A DNA stretch of 64,000 nt, taken from positions 1,984,001 through 2,048,000 of the forward strand of contig CAVYTA010000006.1 of the NCBI GenBank assembly GCA_963771355.1, given 5' to 3'. Positions 28,024 through 38,264 of this stretch are shown here, piece by piece; the stretch's first letter is position 1, and every line of letters begins with the position of its first letter. A program made the translations under genes and the position numbers. Source of the DNA: an uncultured Candidatus Rokubacteria bacterium. GTDB taxonomy: Bacteria; Methylomirabilota; Methylomirabilia; Rokubacteriales; CSP1-6. The notes under the pieces were generated by a model. The model did not search any database. It saw only the letters and a list, made by a program, of their open reading frames with translations, and was not told the origin of the DNA.

Positions 28024-28981
28024 CCTTCCCCGCCGCCTCGCCTGGCTCACCGTCGGCGCCCTGGCCCTGGTGATGACGCTGGGCAATATCGTGAGCGCCA
28101 CCAGCTCCGGGCTCGGCTGTCCGGACTGGCCGCTCTGCCATGGCCGCGTCATTCCGCCGGGCGGCGCAGAGATCTGGATCGAGTTCCGCCACCGCCTCGC
28201 GGTGCCACTCTTCTCGGCGCTGCTGGTGGCCACCGCCGTCGTCACCTGGCGGCGTGCCGCCACGCCCGCGCTGAAGCGTCTCGCCGCCGCGCTCGTCGGC
28301 CTGCTCGTGGTGCAGATCGTCCTGGGGGGCGTCACCGTGCTGCTGGGGCTGTCCCCGGTGGTGAGCACGGTGCATCTTCTCGTCGCGCTGTCCGTGCTGG
28401 CCGGGCTCATGACCCTCTGCGCGACGCCCGACCCGCCCGGACCCGCTTGGCGAGGTGCAGCCGAAGGCGAGCCGAGCAATTTTGCCGAGCCGCAGCTCGC
28501 CCGCTTCGCGACAGCCGGGCTCGCGGTACTGCTCATCCAGCTGGCGCTGGGCGGGTATGTTCGGCACTCGGGCGCGGGCCTCGCCTGTCCCGACTTCCCG
28601 CTCTGCAGCGGAGACGTGTTCCCCGGACACTGGCTGGGCTGGGTGCACTGGCTGCACCGCTGGCTCGGCGTGGTCCTCCTCGGCTTCTTCCTCCACCTCG
28701 CCCGGGTGAGCCGGCGCACCGCGCTGGCGGGTGTCGGCGCCGCGGTGGCCGGCCTCGCGGTGGCCCAGGTGACGCTGGGCATCCTGGCCGTGCTGCTGCG
28801 CCTGCCCATCACCGTGCGCGCCAGCCACGCGGTCGTGGGCTATGCGCTCTGGGCGCTCCTCGTCTGGATCGCGGTGCGCGCGGGCGCCTGGGGCGCGAGC
28901 CTCGGCCCGACTATGGAAATCCGCTCGGCTCGCCTTCGGCTGCGCCTCGCCAAGCCACGGCTGCGCACCGGCGCTCGATAG
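28013..28981 (+). CDS. ctaA: Heme A synthase (COX15/CtaA)
   Basis: SGLGCPDWPLC, EFRHR, second GLACPDFPLC, HWLHR; carries two translated repeat copies. Confidence 0.9.
   Translation: MAASLPRRLAWLTVGALALVMTLGNIVSATSSGLGCPDWPLCHGRVIPPGGAEIWIEFRHRLAVPLFSALLVATAVVTWRRAATPALKRLAAALVGLLVVQIVLGGVTVLLGLSPVVSTVHLLVALSVLAGLMTLCATPDPPGPAWRGAAEGEPSNFAEPQLARFATAGLAVLLIQLALGGYVRHSGAGLACPDFPLCSGDVFPGHWLGWVHWLHRWLGVVLLGFFLHLARVSRRTALAGVGAAVAGLAVAQVTLGILAVLLRLPITVRASHAVVGYALWALLVWIAVRAGAWGASLGPTMEIRSARLRLRLAKPRLRTGAR
28445..28477 (+). repeat. 33-bp repeat, copy 1 (inside ctaA linker)
   Basis: GCTTGGCGAGGTGCAGCCGAAGGCGAGCCGAGC. Confidence 0.85.
28923..28955 (-). repeat. 33-bp repeat, copy 2 (inverted, ctaA 3' end)
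   Basis: Reverse complement GCTTGGCGAGGCGCAGCCGAAGGCGAGCCGAGC, 32/33 identical to copy 1. Confidence 0.85.
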
Positions 28982-28991
28982 GACCGAAATA

Positions 28992-29942
28992 ATGGCCACC
29001 GCCGCTCCCGGACCCGCGACGCCGTCGTCTGCGCAGGGCGCCGCGCTGACCGGCGTGCGCAGCCGTGCCGGCGCCTATGCCGAGCTCTCGAAGTTCGGGA
29101 TCGTGCTCCTGGTGCTCGTCTCCGCGGGGGCCGGCTTCATGCTGGCGGCGCCGCTGGGCCCGGAGTTCCCCTGGGCGGCGGGCCTGATCGTGCTGCTGGG
29201 GGTGATGCTCCTGTCCTCGGGCGCCTCCGCGCTGAACCAGGTCCAGGAGCGCCGGCGCGACGCGCTCATGACGCGGACGGCGGGCCGTCCGCTTCCGTCC
29301 GGCCGCCTCTCGTTCGGTCAGGGCCTCCTCTTCGCGATCCTGGCCCTGGGCGCGGGCGCGCTGATCCTCTGGCTCGGCATCGGCCGCACCGCCGGCATCC
29401 TCGGCATCGTGGCCGCCGCCTTCTACAACGGGCTCTACACGCCCTGGCTCAAGCCCACCTCGCCCTTCGCGGCGGTGCCGGGAGCCCTGCCCGGCTCATT
29501 GCCGCCGGTGATCGGCTGGGTCGCGGGAGGCGGCAGCCCGCTGGACTCGGGGGCCTTCATCCTGTTCGGGATACTGTTCTTGTGGCAGATGCCGCACTTC
29601 TGGGCCCTGGCCCTCCGGTACAAGGAGGACTACGCCGCGGGGGGCTTCCCCATGGTGGCGGAGGCGGTGGGCGTGGAGGGCACCGCCCGGCTCATCCTCG
29701 TCTACGCCTTCGGCCTCACCGCGCTGTCGCTCGCCGCGCCCACGTTCGGGCTGGGCGGCCCGGCGTCCCTGGCCGCGGCCGCGCTGCTGGGCTGGCGCCT
29801 CATCTGGCTCGCCACCAAGTTCGCGCGCCACCCCGAGGACCGACGCGGTTGGCTGTCGCTCTTTCTCTTCTCGAACCTCTATCTCCTCATTCTCTTCCTC
29901 GTGCTGGTCGGAGAGCGCCTCGCGCGATTCGCCCTCGGCTAG
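28992..29942 (+). CDS. ctaB: Protoheme IX farnesyltransferase (heme O synthase)
   Basis: ALNQVQERRRDALMTRTAGRPLPSG, YTPWLK, LWQMPHF, DYAAGG. Confidence 0.93.
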   Translation: MATAAPGPATPSSAQGAALTGVRSRAGAYAELSKFGIVLLVLVSAGAGFMLAAPLGPEFPWAAGLIVLLGVMLLSSGASALNQVQERRRDALMTRTAGRPLPSGRLSFGQGLLFAILALGAGALILWLGIGRTAGILGIVAAAFYNGLYTPWLKPTSPFAAVPGALPGSLPPVIGWVAGGGSPLDSGAFILFGILFLWQMPHFWALALRYKEDYAAGGFPMVAEAVGVEGTARLILVYAFGLTALSLAAPTFGLGGPASLAAAALLGWRLIWLATKFARHPEDRRGWLSLFLFSNLYLLILFLVLVGERLARFALG

Positions 29943-29985
29943 AGCGCGCGTTCTTTGCTATTCTGACCCAGGGGCGAAACACGAT

Positions 29986-31296
29986 ATGAACATCTGCGTG
30001 GTGGGCACGGGCTACGTCGGGCTGGTGACGGGGGCGGTGTTCGCCGACCTCGGCAACGACGTGGTCTGCGTCGACAAGGTGCGCGCGAAGATCGACTCTC
30101 TCAAGGCGGGGCGGATGCCCATCTACGAGCCCGGCCTCGAGGAGATGGTCGCGCGCAATGTCGATGACGGCCGGCTCACCTTCACGATCGATCTGGCGGC
30201 GGGCGTCCGCCAGTCGGACGTCATCTTCATTGCCGTGGGGACGCCGGCGCGCGCGACCGGCGAGACCGACCTCTCCCACGTGGAGGCGGTGGCGGCCGAG
30301 ATCGGCCGGACCATGGACCGCTACAAGGTGGTGGTCAACAAGTCCACCGTCCCGGTGGGCACCGGCGAGCTGGTGCGCGAGGTGGTGGCGCGGCATCAGC
30401 GGGCGCCCATCGAGTTCGACGTGGTCTCCAACCCCGAGTTCCTCCGCGAAGGCTCCGCCATCGAGGACACCCTCCGGCCCGACCGCATCGTGATCGGCGC
30501 CCCGAACCAGCACGCGGCCATGCGCCTGGTGGAGCTGTACGCGCCGCTGGAGCGGCCCATGATCATCACCGACCTGCCCTCGGCCGAGGTGATCAAGTAC
30601 GCGTCCAACTCCTTCCTCGCCGCCAAGATCTCGTTCATCAACGCTATCGCCAACGTGTGCGAGGCGGCGGGCGCCGACGTGACCCAGGTCATGAAGGGCA
30701 TGGGCCTCGACAACCGGATCGGGGCCGCCTTCCTGCAGGCCGGGCTCGGTTACGGGGGCTCCTGCTTTCCCAAGGACGTCGATTCCCTCATCCACACCGC
30801 GGGGCGGCTCGGCTACGACTTCCGGCTGCTCAAGTCGGTGGCGGACATCAATCGCGAGCGCGCGGCGCGCCTGGTGGAGACGATCCGCAAGGTGCTGAGC
30901 CCGCTGGACGACAAGACGGTGGCGGTGCTCGGGCTGTCGTTCAAGCCCAACACCGACGACATGCGCGAGGCCAAGAGCGTGGAGGTGATCGAGCAGCTCC
31001 ACGCCGCCGGCGCCACCATCCGGGCCTATGATCCCGTGGCCACCGGCAACGCCCGCGACCTGCTGCCCCCCGGCGTGACCTACAGCGCCTCCCCCTACGA
31101 GGCGGCCCAGGATGCGGATGCGGTGGTGCTGGTCACCGAGTGGAACGAGTTCAAGTTCATCAACCTCGAGCGATTGCGCCGCGTGCTCCGCCGGCGGGTC
31201 ATCTTCGACGGCCGCAACATCTGGGAGCCCGACCGCATGCGACGCCTCGGCTTCGAGTACTACTCGATCGGGCGCAAGCCCGTGATCCCGGCCTGA
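29986..31296 (+). CDS. ugd: UDP-glucose 6-dehydrogenase
   Basis: [39 protein letters not shown]. Confidence 0.96.
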   Translation: MNICVVGTGYVGLVTGAVFADLGNDVVCVDKVRAKIDSLKAGRMPIYEPGLEEMVARNVDDGRLTFTIDLAAGVRQSDVIFIAVGTPARATGETDLSHVEAVAAEIGRTMDRYKVVVNKSTVPVGTGELVREVVARHQRAPIEFDVVSNPEFLREGSAIEDTLRPDRIVIGAPNQHAAMRLVELYAPLERPMIITDLPSAEVIKYASNSFLAAKISFINAIANVCEAAGADVTQVMKGMGLDNRIGAAFLQAGLGYGGSCFPKDVDSLIHTAGRLGYDFRLLKSVADINRERAARLVETIRKVLSPLDDKTVAVLGLSFKPNTDDMREAKSVEVIEQLHAAGATIRAYDPVATGNARDLLPPGVTYSASPYEAAQDADAVVLVTEWNEFKFINLERLRRVLRRRVIFDGRNIWEPDRMRRLGFEYYSIGRKPVIPA

Positions 31297-31300
31297 ACGC

Positions 31301-33622
31301 GTGCGCGTGCTCGTGACGGGCGGGGCCGGCTTCATCGGCTCGCACCTCTGCGACCTCCTCCTCGGCAAGGGCTGCGAGGTGGTGTGCATGGACAATCTCC
31401 TCACCGGCAGTGCCGACAATATCGCCCACATCCACGACCCGCGCTTTCTCTTCGTCAAGCACGACGTCACCAACTACATCGTGGCGGACGGTCCCATCGA
31501 CTACGTGCTCCACTTCGCGAGCCCCGCCTCTCCCATCGACTACCTCGAGCTGCCCATCCAGACCCTCAAGGTGGGCGCGCTGGGCACGCACAAGGCGCTG
31601 GGGGTGGCCAAGGCGCGCGGGGCCAAGTTCCTCCTCGCCTCCACTTCCGAGGTGTACGGCGACCCTCTCGTCCACCCGCAGCAGGAGGAGTACTGGGGCA
31701 ACGTCAACCCGGTGGGCCCGCGCGGCGTGTATGACGAGGCCAAGCGCTTCGCGGAGGCCATGACCATGGCCTATCACCGCTTCCACGGGGTGGACACGCG
31801 CATCGTGCGCATCTTCAACAGCATCCCGGGAAACGAAACCGTGGTTGTCTTCGACAACGACCGGATGTACGTGGGCCCCATCGAGGACTGGGTGGACACG
31901 ATCGAGACCGAAGGTATCGAGGGGCGGAAGATCCTCGTCCCCGCCTTCGATCCCGTGACGTGCCGCATGGCCCTCAAGCCGGTGAGCGCCGTGATCAAGC
32001 ACCCATGCCAGGGCGACGTTTACGAGGTCGCCATGCGGTACGGCCGGCGCATTCGGGTCACTGGGGACCACAGCCTGTTCCGCCGGCGAGCCGATGGGCA
32101 GCCCGAGCCAGTCCACGTCAATCAGCTCGAGGTCGGAGATCACGTGGCAATCGCCGCGTTTCTCCCAGTGGTCGAGCAGGATCGGCCCGAGGTCTCGCTG
32201 GCCGAGCACCTCCTCACGACCCGCAACGACTCCGATCTCTGGGACTACGCGGTAATCGCTCCGTCGCTGGCTCCCATCGTCGCGCGGCACCGTGAGGCCA
32301 TCCACGAAGCGCTCCGTGAGTCGGGGCGCATCCGGGCCCGGCGGCTCCGGAACGGCCTGGCCTGCGCCACTCGCAAGTATGAGCGCACGGGGACGGTGCC
32401 TCTCGCCGTGATCAAGCGACTCGGCCTCGAGGTCCCCGCCGACGGGCGCCTGCGCATGAATACCGGCGGCGCCCACGTCTCGCTGCCGGCGACCCTCTCG
32501 GTCACGGACGACCTGCTCTGGCTGCTCGGATTCTTCCTTGCCGAGGGCTGCTCGTACCGAAGCGGCAAGTCGGCCTACCTCTCATTCAGCTCCGACCAGC
32601 GGTATCTGGATCATGCCGCGGCAATCCTGCGTGGCCAGCTCGGCGTGCACGTCGTTGAACAACCGCCGACAGTGGGCCGCGCTCCGGCCCTCTACGCGCA
32701 CTCGCGCCTGCTCGTCCTTCTGTTCGATGAGATCTTCGACCTCCTGGGGCCCGGCATCCCGCCGTGGATCCTCCAGCTCCCCCTCTCCCGCCTCAAGTGG
32801 TTCCTGGAGGGGTATCGGGAAGGGGACGGGACAAACCGCGGGAAGAAGCTGGGGCACGAGATGTGCTTCGATACCGTGAGCGAGCGGCGGGCGCAGGATC
32901 TCGCGCTGATTCTCCTGCGCTTTGGGATCGTCGCCTCGCTTGGTCGATACGAGACGACCTTCACCCGCAAGTACGGCAAGCGCCGCTTCCCATTCTATCG
33001 GCTGACGGTGTGCAAGGTTTCTGACTTCGACATCCTGCACTGGGACCGTGGGCCCACTCAGACCCTGAACGCCCGGCGCCAGGGCGACCTCGTATGGGCC
33101 CGGGTTTCTTCGGTCGAGAAGTGCCTGACCACTCCGTACGTGTACGACTTCTCGGTGCCCGAGGCGGAGAACTTCATGGGCGGGATCGGGGTGTGCTGCC
33201 ACAATACTTACGGGCCGCGTATGAGGCTCGCCGACGGGCGCGCCATCCCCACCTTCATCCGGCAGGCCCTGCGCGGCGAGCCGCTCACGGTGGCGGGGGA
33301 CGGCTCGCAGACGCGCTCGTTCACGCACTACTCCGACCTGGTGGACGGCATCTGGCGGCTCATGAACAAGCCCGTCAACGAGCCCGTCAACCTCGGCAAC
33401 CCGTACGAGATGACGCTGCTCGCGCTGGCCCAGATGATCGTCAAGCTCGCCGACTCGCGCAGCGAGCTCGTCTTCATCCCGCTGCCGGCGGACGACCCCA
33501 AGGTGCGCCAGCCCGACATCACCCGTGCGCGGAGCCTGCTCGGCTGGGAGCCGCGGGTGGACGTGGAGAGCGGGTTGCGCCAGACCATCGAGTGGTACCG
33601 GAAGTCCGGGGCGGTGCGGTGA
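31301..33622 (+). CDS. UDP-glucuronate decarboxylase (UXS-like SDR) precursor containing an intein; spliced product 311 aa
   Basis: [32 protein letters not shown]|intein|[16 protein letters not shown]. Confidence 0.93.
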   Translation: MRVLVTGGAGFIGSHLCDLLLGKGCEVVCMDNLLTGSADNIAHIHDPRFLFVKHDVTNYIVADGPIDYVLHFASPASPIDYLELPIQTLKVGALGTHKALGVAKARGAKFLLASTSEVYGDPLVHPQQEEYWGNVNPVGPRGVYDEAKRFAEAMTMAYHRFHGVDTRIVRIFNSIPGNETVVVFDNDRMYVGPIEDWVDTIETEGIEGRKILVPAFDPVTCRMALKPVSAVIKHPCQGDVYEVAMRYGRRIRVTGDHSLFRRRADGQPEPVHVNQLEVGDHVAIAAFLPVVEQDRPEVSLAEHLLTTRNDSDLWDYAVIAPSLAPIVARHREAIHEALRESGRIRARRLRNGLACATRKYERTGTVPLAVIKRLGLEVPADGRLRMNTGGAHVSLPATLSVTDDLLWLLGFFLAEGCSYRSGKSAYLSFSSDQRYLDHAAAILRGQLGVHVVEQPPTVGRAPALYAHSRLLVLLFDEIFDLLGPGIPPWILQLPLSRLKWFLEGYREGDGTNRGKKLGHEMCFDTVSERRAQDLALILLRFGIVASLGRYETTFTRKYGKRRFPFYRLTVCKVSDFDILHWDRGPTQTLNARRQGDLVWARVSSVEKCLTTPYVYDFSVPEAENFMGGIGVCCHNTYGPRMRLADGRAIPTFIRQALRGEPLTVAGDGSQTRSFTHYSDLVDGIWRLMNKPVNEPVNLGNPYEMTLLALAQMIVKLADSRSELVFIPLPADDPKVRQPDITRARSLLGWEPRVDVESGLRQTIEWYRKSGAVR
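31820..33205 (+). mobile_element. 462-aa intein with LAGLIDADG homing endonuclease
   Basis: Block A SIPGNETV, block [18 protein letters not shown] and [10 protein letters not shown], block F VYDFSV, block G CCHN followed by +1 Thr. Confidence 0.95.
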
Positions 33623-34551
33623 GGATCCTGGTGACGGGGGGAGCCGGCTTCATCGGCTCCCACGTGGTGGACGCCTTTCTCGGCGCGGGGCACACCGTCT
33701 CGGTGGTGGACAATCTCGCCACCGGCAACCGGGCCTGGCTCACGGGCAAGCCCGTCCGGCTCCACGTCCTGGATATACGCGCGGCCCGCCTGGCGGACGT
33801 GTTCGAGGCCGAGCGGCCGGAGACGGTGGCCCATCTCGCCGCGCAGGCGTCGGTGGGCCGCTCCGTCGCCGACCCCACCTTCGACGCCGGCGTCAACGTG
33901 ATCGGGGGGCTCAACCTCCTCGAGTGCTGCCGCCGGACGGGCGTGACGCGCGTCATCTACTCCTCGAGCGGGGGCGCCGGCTACGGGGACACCGAGGCGA
34001 TTCCTACTCCGGAGACCCATCCCTCTCTGCCCTCCTCGCCGTACGGCGTCAGCAAGGTGGCGATGGAGCACTACGTCGCCGCGCTGGGCGCCATCCACGG
34101 CTGGTCCGCGGTGGCGCTTCGCTATGCCAACGTCTACGGGCCGCGCCAGAACCCCGCCGGGGAAGCCGGCGTCGTCGCGATCTTCTGCAGCCGGCTGCTC
34201 CAGGCCCAGCCTCCCGTGATCAACGGAGACGGCTCGCAAACCCGCGACTACACCTATGTCGAGGACGTGGCGGCGGCCAACCTCGCCGCGCTCGACCGGC
34301 CGCAGGTGCAGGGCGCGTTCAATATCGGTACCGGCGTGGAAACCTCGGTCAACGACCTCTTCGCGCGCCTGGCCCGCTCGGCGGGCTTCGACGGGCCGCC
34401 CGGCCACGGGCCGGCCCGGCCGGGCGAGCAGCGCCGCAGCTGCCTGGATCCCGCCCGCGCCGCGCACGAGCTCGGCTGGCGGCCCTCCGTCTCGCTGGAC
34501 GACGGGCTGGCCCGAACGTTCGAATTCTTCAAGAAGGAGGCAGGACGATGA
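33619..34551 (+). CDS. NAD-dependent nucleotide-sugar epimerase (UDP-glucose 4-epimerase-like)
   Basis: [40 protein letters not shown]. Confidence 0.92.
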   Translation: MRILVTGGAGFIGSHVVDAFLGAGHTVSVVDNLATGNRAWLTGKPVRLHVLDIRAARLADVFEAERPETVAHLAAQASVGRSVADPTFDAGVNVIGGLNLLECCRRTGVTRVIYSSSGGAGYGDTEAIPTPETHPSLPSSPYGVSKVAMEHYVAALGAIHGWSAVALRYANVYGPRQNPAGEAGVVAIFCSRLLQAQPPVINGDGSQTRDYTYVEDVAAANLAALDRPQVQGAFNIGTGVETSVNDLFARLARSAGFDGPPGHGPARPGEQRRSCLDPARAAHELGWRPSVSLDDGLARTFEFFKKEAGR

Positions 34552-34718
34552 TCGACGAGGAGCTCCGCGCCATCCTGGCCTGTCCCGCGTGCAAGGGCGA
34601 CCTCTTGTTCGAGGAAACCCGGATCATCTGCCCGGCGTGCCGCAAGGCCTATCCCATCCGGGATGGCATCCCGGTGATGCTGATCTCCGAGGCGGAGCCC
34701 TGGGCGCCGACCAAGTAA
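34548..34718 (+). CDS. Trm112/YcaR family protein
   Basis: LACPACKGDL, CPAC, YPIRDGIPVML; AGGAGG RBS, ATGA overlap. Confidence 0.9.
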   Translation: MIDEELRAILACPACKGDLLFEETRIICPACRKAYPIRDGIPVMLISEAEPWAPTK

Positions 34719-35776
34719 CCGCCGTCATCCTCGCGGGTGGCCAGGGCACCCGGCTCCGGCCGCTCACCTATGATCGGCCCAAGCCGATCGTCCCGCTGCT
34801 CAACGTTCCCTTTCTCGCCTACCAGCTCGCGCTGCTCGCGCGCCATGGGATCCGGGACGCGGTGCTGTCCTGCTCCTACATGGTGGACGCGGTGCGGGCC
34901 ACCATGGGCGACGGTGCCGCCTGGGGCGTGCGGCTGTCGTATGCGGTGGAGGACGAGCCGCTCGGCACCGCGGGCGGGGTGCGCCACGCGGTGGACGTCG
35001 CGGACGGGCGCGTGCTCGTGCTCAACGGCGACATCCTCACCGATGCCGACCTCGGCGCGATGCTCGCCTTCCACGAGGCGCGCGGCTCGGCGGCCACGCT
35101 GTACCTCACGCGGGTGCCCGACCCCACCGCCTTCGGCCTGGTGGAGCTGGGGGAGGGCGGCCGCATCCGGCGCTTCATCGAGAAGCCGGATCCGTCGCAG
35201 GTCACGACCGACACCGTCAACGCCGGCATCTACGTGCTCGACGGGCGCCTGCTCGCCCGCATCCCCCGGGGCCGCGCGGTGTCCATCGAGCGGGAGTTCT
35301 TCCCGGGGCTGCTCGAAGACCGTCTGCCCTTCTTCGGATGGGTGGCGGAACACTACTGGCTCGACATCGGCAGTCCCGCCAAGTATCGCCAGGGCGCGCT
35401 CGACCTCCTCGCCGGGCGCGTCGCCACGCCGCTCTCGCCCGCGGGCGCGCAGGGCGGCGGACGCTTCGTGGCACCGGGCGCGGTGCTGGAGCCGGGGGCG
35501 CGCGTGACGAGCCCGGCCGTCATCGGAGCCGACTGCCGCGTGGCGGCCGGCGCCGCCGTGGGCCCTTCCACCGTGCTCGGAACCGGATGCGTGGTGGGCG
35601 GCGACGCCGCGGTGACGGGCGCCATCCTCTGGGAGCGCGTGGAGGTCGGTGCGGGCGCCGAGCTCCGCGACTGCATTGTCGGCGCGGGGGCGTGCGTGGG
35701 CGCCGGCGCCCGCGTCGGTCCCGGCGCGGTGGTCGAGCCGGGCGCGAGGATCCCCTCCGGGGCCCGGCTGCCCTGA
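34715..35776 (+). CDS. NDP-sugar pyrophosphorylase (mannose-1-phosphate guanylyltransferase-like) with beta-helix tail; start uncertain
   Basis: ILAGGQGTRLRPLT, PKP, EPLGTAG, NGD, FIEKP, WLDIG, hexapeptide repeats. Confidence 0.9.
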   Translation, partial: VTAVILAGGQGTRLRPLTYDRPKPIVPLLNVPFLAYQLALLARHGIRDAVLSCSYMVDAVRATMGDGAAWGVRLSYAVEDEPLGTAGGVRHAVDVADGRVLVLNGDILTDADLGAMLAFHEARGSAATLYLTRVPDPTAFGLVELGEGGRIRRFIEKPDPSQVTTDTVNAGIYVLDGRLLARIPRGRAVSIEREFFPGLLEDRLPFFGWVAEHYWLDIGSPAKYRQGALDLLAGRVATPLSPAGAQGGGRFVAPGAVLEPGARVTSPAVIGADCRVAAGAAVGPSTVLGTGCVVGGDAAVTGAILWERVEVGAGAELRDCIVGAGACVGAGARVGPGAVVEPGARIPSGARLP

Positions 35777-35797
35777 CGCGTGTTATCCTGAGTCCCG

Positions 35798-37588
35798 ATG
35801 GCCATCGAGCAGATCCGAAACTTCTCCATTGTCGCGCACATCGACCACGGCAAGTCCACCCTGGCCGACCGGCTCCTGTCCCTCACCGGAACCATGGACG
35901 CCAAGAAGGCGGTGGGCCAGGTGCTGGACTCGATGGACCTGGAGAAGGAGCGGGGCATCACCATCAAGGCGCATACCGTCCGCCTCCTCTACACTGCCCG
36001 GGACGGCAAGGAATACACGCTCAACCTCATCGACACCCCCGGGCATGTGGACTTCTCCTACGAGGTCTCCCGCTCGCTGGCCGCCTGCGAGGGCGCAGTG
36101 CTGATCGTGGACGCCGCTCAGGGGGTGGAGGCTCAGACCCTCGCGAACTTCTACCTGGCGGCGGATGGGGGGCTGGAGATCGTCCCCGTCATCAACAAGA
36201 TCGACCTGCCCGCCGCGGACGTGGAGGGCACCCGAAGCCAGATCACCGAGCTCCTCGATCTGGACGGCGACGGCGCCATCGCCATCTCCGCCAAGCACGG
36301 CACCGGCGTGCCCGAGGTGCTGGAAGCCATCGTCGAGCGCATCCCGCCGCCCAAGGGCGACGTGGACGCGCCGCTCAAGGCGCTGGTATTCGACTCCTTC
36401 TACGACTCCTACCAGGGCGTGGTGGTCTATATCCGGCTGCTCGACGGGCGCGTGCGCGCGGGCCAGCGCATCCTGCTCATGTCCAACGGCAAGATCTACG
36501 AAGTGCAGCAGGTGGGCGTGTTCTCACCTGACATGCGGCCGGTGGAAGAGCTGTCGGCGGGACAGGTCGGCTACCTCACCGCCGCCATCAAGCGCGTGGC
36601 CGACGCCAAGATGGGGGAGACCATCACCGACGCCCTCCGGCCCACCGCAGCCCCCTGCCCCGGGTATCGCGACGCCAAGCCGATGGTCTTCGCCGGGCTC
36701 TACCCCATCGAGGACACCGACTACGAGGGCCTGCGCGACGCACTGGAGAAGCTCCGGCTCAACGACTCCGCCTTCAACTTCGAGCCCGAAACGTCGCTGG
36801 CGCTGGGCTACGGCTTCCGCTGCGGCTTTCTCGGCATGCTCCACCTGGAGATCGTGCAGGAGCGCCTGGAGCGCGAGTTCAACCTCTCCCTCATCGTCAC
36901 CGCGCCCAGCGTGCGCTACAAGGTGATCACCACCCAGGGCGAGACGCTCGAGGTGGAGAACCCCTCCCGGCTGCCGCCCCCGGACAAGATCGAGCGCATG
37001 GAGGAGCCCTACGTGCGCGGCTCCGTCTTCGTGCCCACCGAGTTCATGAGCGAGATCTACAAGCTCGCCCAGGACAAGCGCGGCGAGCACCGCTCGCTGG
37101 AGTACGTGGGCAAGCGCGTGCACATCCTCTTCGACTTCCCGCTGGCCGAGATCGTGGTGGACTTCTACGACAAGCTCAAGTCTATCTCCAAGGGCTACGC
37201 CTCCTTCGACTACGAGTTCCTCGACTTCCGCGAGTCGGAGCTGGTGAAGCTCGACATCCTCCTCAACGGCGATCCCGTGGACGCGCTGTCCACCATCGCC
37301 CACCGGGACAAGGCCTACGAGAAGGGCAAGACGCTCACCGAGAAGCTCCGCGCGGTCATCCCCCGGCAGCTCTACGAGGTGGCCATTCAGGCCGCCATCG
37401 GCAGCCGTGTCATCGCCCGGGAGACCGTCAAGGCCATGGGCAAGAACGTCACCGCCAAGTGCTATGGCGGGGACATCACCCGGAAGCGGAAGCTCCTGGA
37501 GAAGCAGAAAGAGGGCAAGAAGCGCATGAAGCAGGTCGGAAAGGTCGAAGTGCCGCAGGAAGCGTTCCTGTCGGTGCTCAAGAGCTGA
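35798..37588 (+). CDS. lepA: Elongation factor 4
   Basis: [34 protein letters not shown]. Confidence 0.98.
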   Translation: MAIEQIRNFSIVAHIDHGKSTLADRLLSLTGTMDAKKAVGQVLDSMDLEKERGITIKAHTVRLLYTARDGKEYTLNLIDTPGHVDFSYEVSRSLAACEGAVLIVDAAQGVEAQTLANFYLAADGGLEIVPVINKIDLPAADVEGTRSQITELLDLDGDGAIAISAKHGTGVPEVLEAIVERIPPPKGDVDAPLKALVFDSFYDSYQGVVVYIRLLDGRVRAGQRILLMSNGKIYEVQQVGVFSPDMRPVEELSAGQVGYLTAAIKRVADAKMGETITDALRPTAAPCPGYRDAKPMVFAGLYPIEDTDYEGLRDALEKLRLNDSAFNFEPETSLALGYGFRCGFLGMLHLEIVQERLEREFNLSLIVTAPSVRYKVITTQGETLEVENPSRLPPPDKIERMEEPYVRGSVFVPTEFMSEIYKLAQDKRGEHRSLEYVGKRVHILFDFPLAEIVVDFYDKLKSISKGYASFDYEFLDFRESELVKLDILLNGDPVDALSTIAHRDKAYEKGKTLTEKLRAVIPRQLYEVAIQAAIGSRVIARETVKAMGKNVTAKCYGGDITRKRKLLEKQKEGKKRMKQVGKVEVPQEAFLSVLKS

Positions 37589-37592
37589 CGCC

Positions 37593-38264
37593 GTGAGCGA
37601 TATCGAGACGCGTCCCGAGACGGGCCCGAGTCCGGTGGAGGCGACGACCAAGCCGCGCCGGAAGTCCCTCGTCCGCGAGTACGGCGAGGCCATCGTGGTG
37701 GCGGTCCTGCTGGCGCTGGTCATCCGCGCCTTCGTGGTGCAGGCCTTCACCATTCCCTCCGGCTCCATGATGGACACCCTGCTGGTGGGCGACTACATCC
37801 TGGTCAACAAGTTCCTCTACGGGCCGGAGATCCCCTTCACCGATGCCCACCTGCCCGGCCTCCGCGACCCGCGCCGCGGCGACGTCATCGTCTTCAAGTA
37901 CCCCAACGACGAGACCCGCGACTTCATCAAGCGCATCATCGCGGTGGGCGGCGAGACGGTACAGGTCAAGGACAACCGCGCCTTCGTGGACGGCAAGCCC
38001 CTGGACGAGCCCTATGTGCGCCCGGGGTCCGTGCCCACCACCCCGGCCGGGCACTGCGGCTATCTCTATGGCTGCGATCCCATCGTGGTGCCGCCCGGCG
38101 CCTACTTCGTGATGGGAGACAACCGCGACAACTCGCAGGACAGCCGCTACTGGGGCTTCGTCAAAGGCGAGAAGATCCGCGGCAAGGCTTTCCTGATCTA
38201 CTGGTCGTGGAACGGCGACCGCCACTGGCTCCGCTGGAGACGTCTGGGCCACTGGCTCCCGTAG
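37593..38264 (+). CDS. lepB: Signal peptidase I
   Basis: IPSGSM, FIKRI, MGDNRDNSQDSR. Confidence 0.96.
   Translation: MSDIETRPETGPSPVEATTKPRRKSLVREYGEAIVVAVLLALVIRAFVVQAFTIPSGSMMDTLLVGDYILVNKFLYGPEIPFTDAHLPGLRDPRRGDVIVFKYPNDETRDFIKRIIAVGGETVQVKDNRAFVDGKPLDEPYVRPGSVPTTPAGHCGYLYGCDPIVVPPGAYFVMGDNRDNSQDSRYWGFVKGEKIRGKAFLIYWSWNGDRHWLRWRRLGHWLP

Noticed and set aside
31820..33205. Insert as a group I or II intron or an IS
   Set aside because: It is fully in frame with protein-splicing blocks at both ends, with no terminal inverted repeats, transposase or reverse transcriptase
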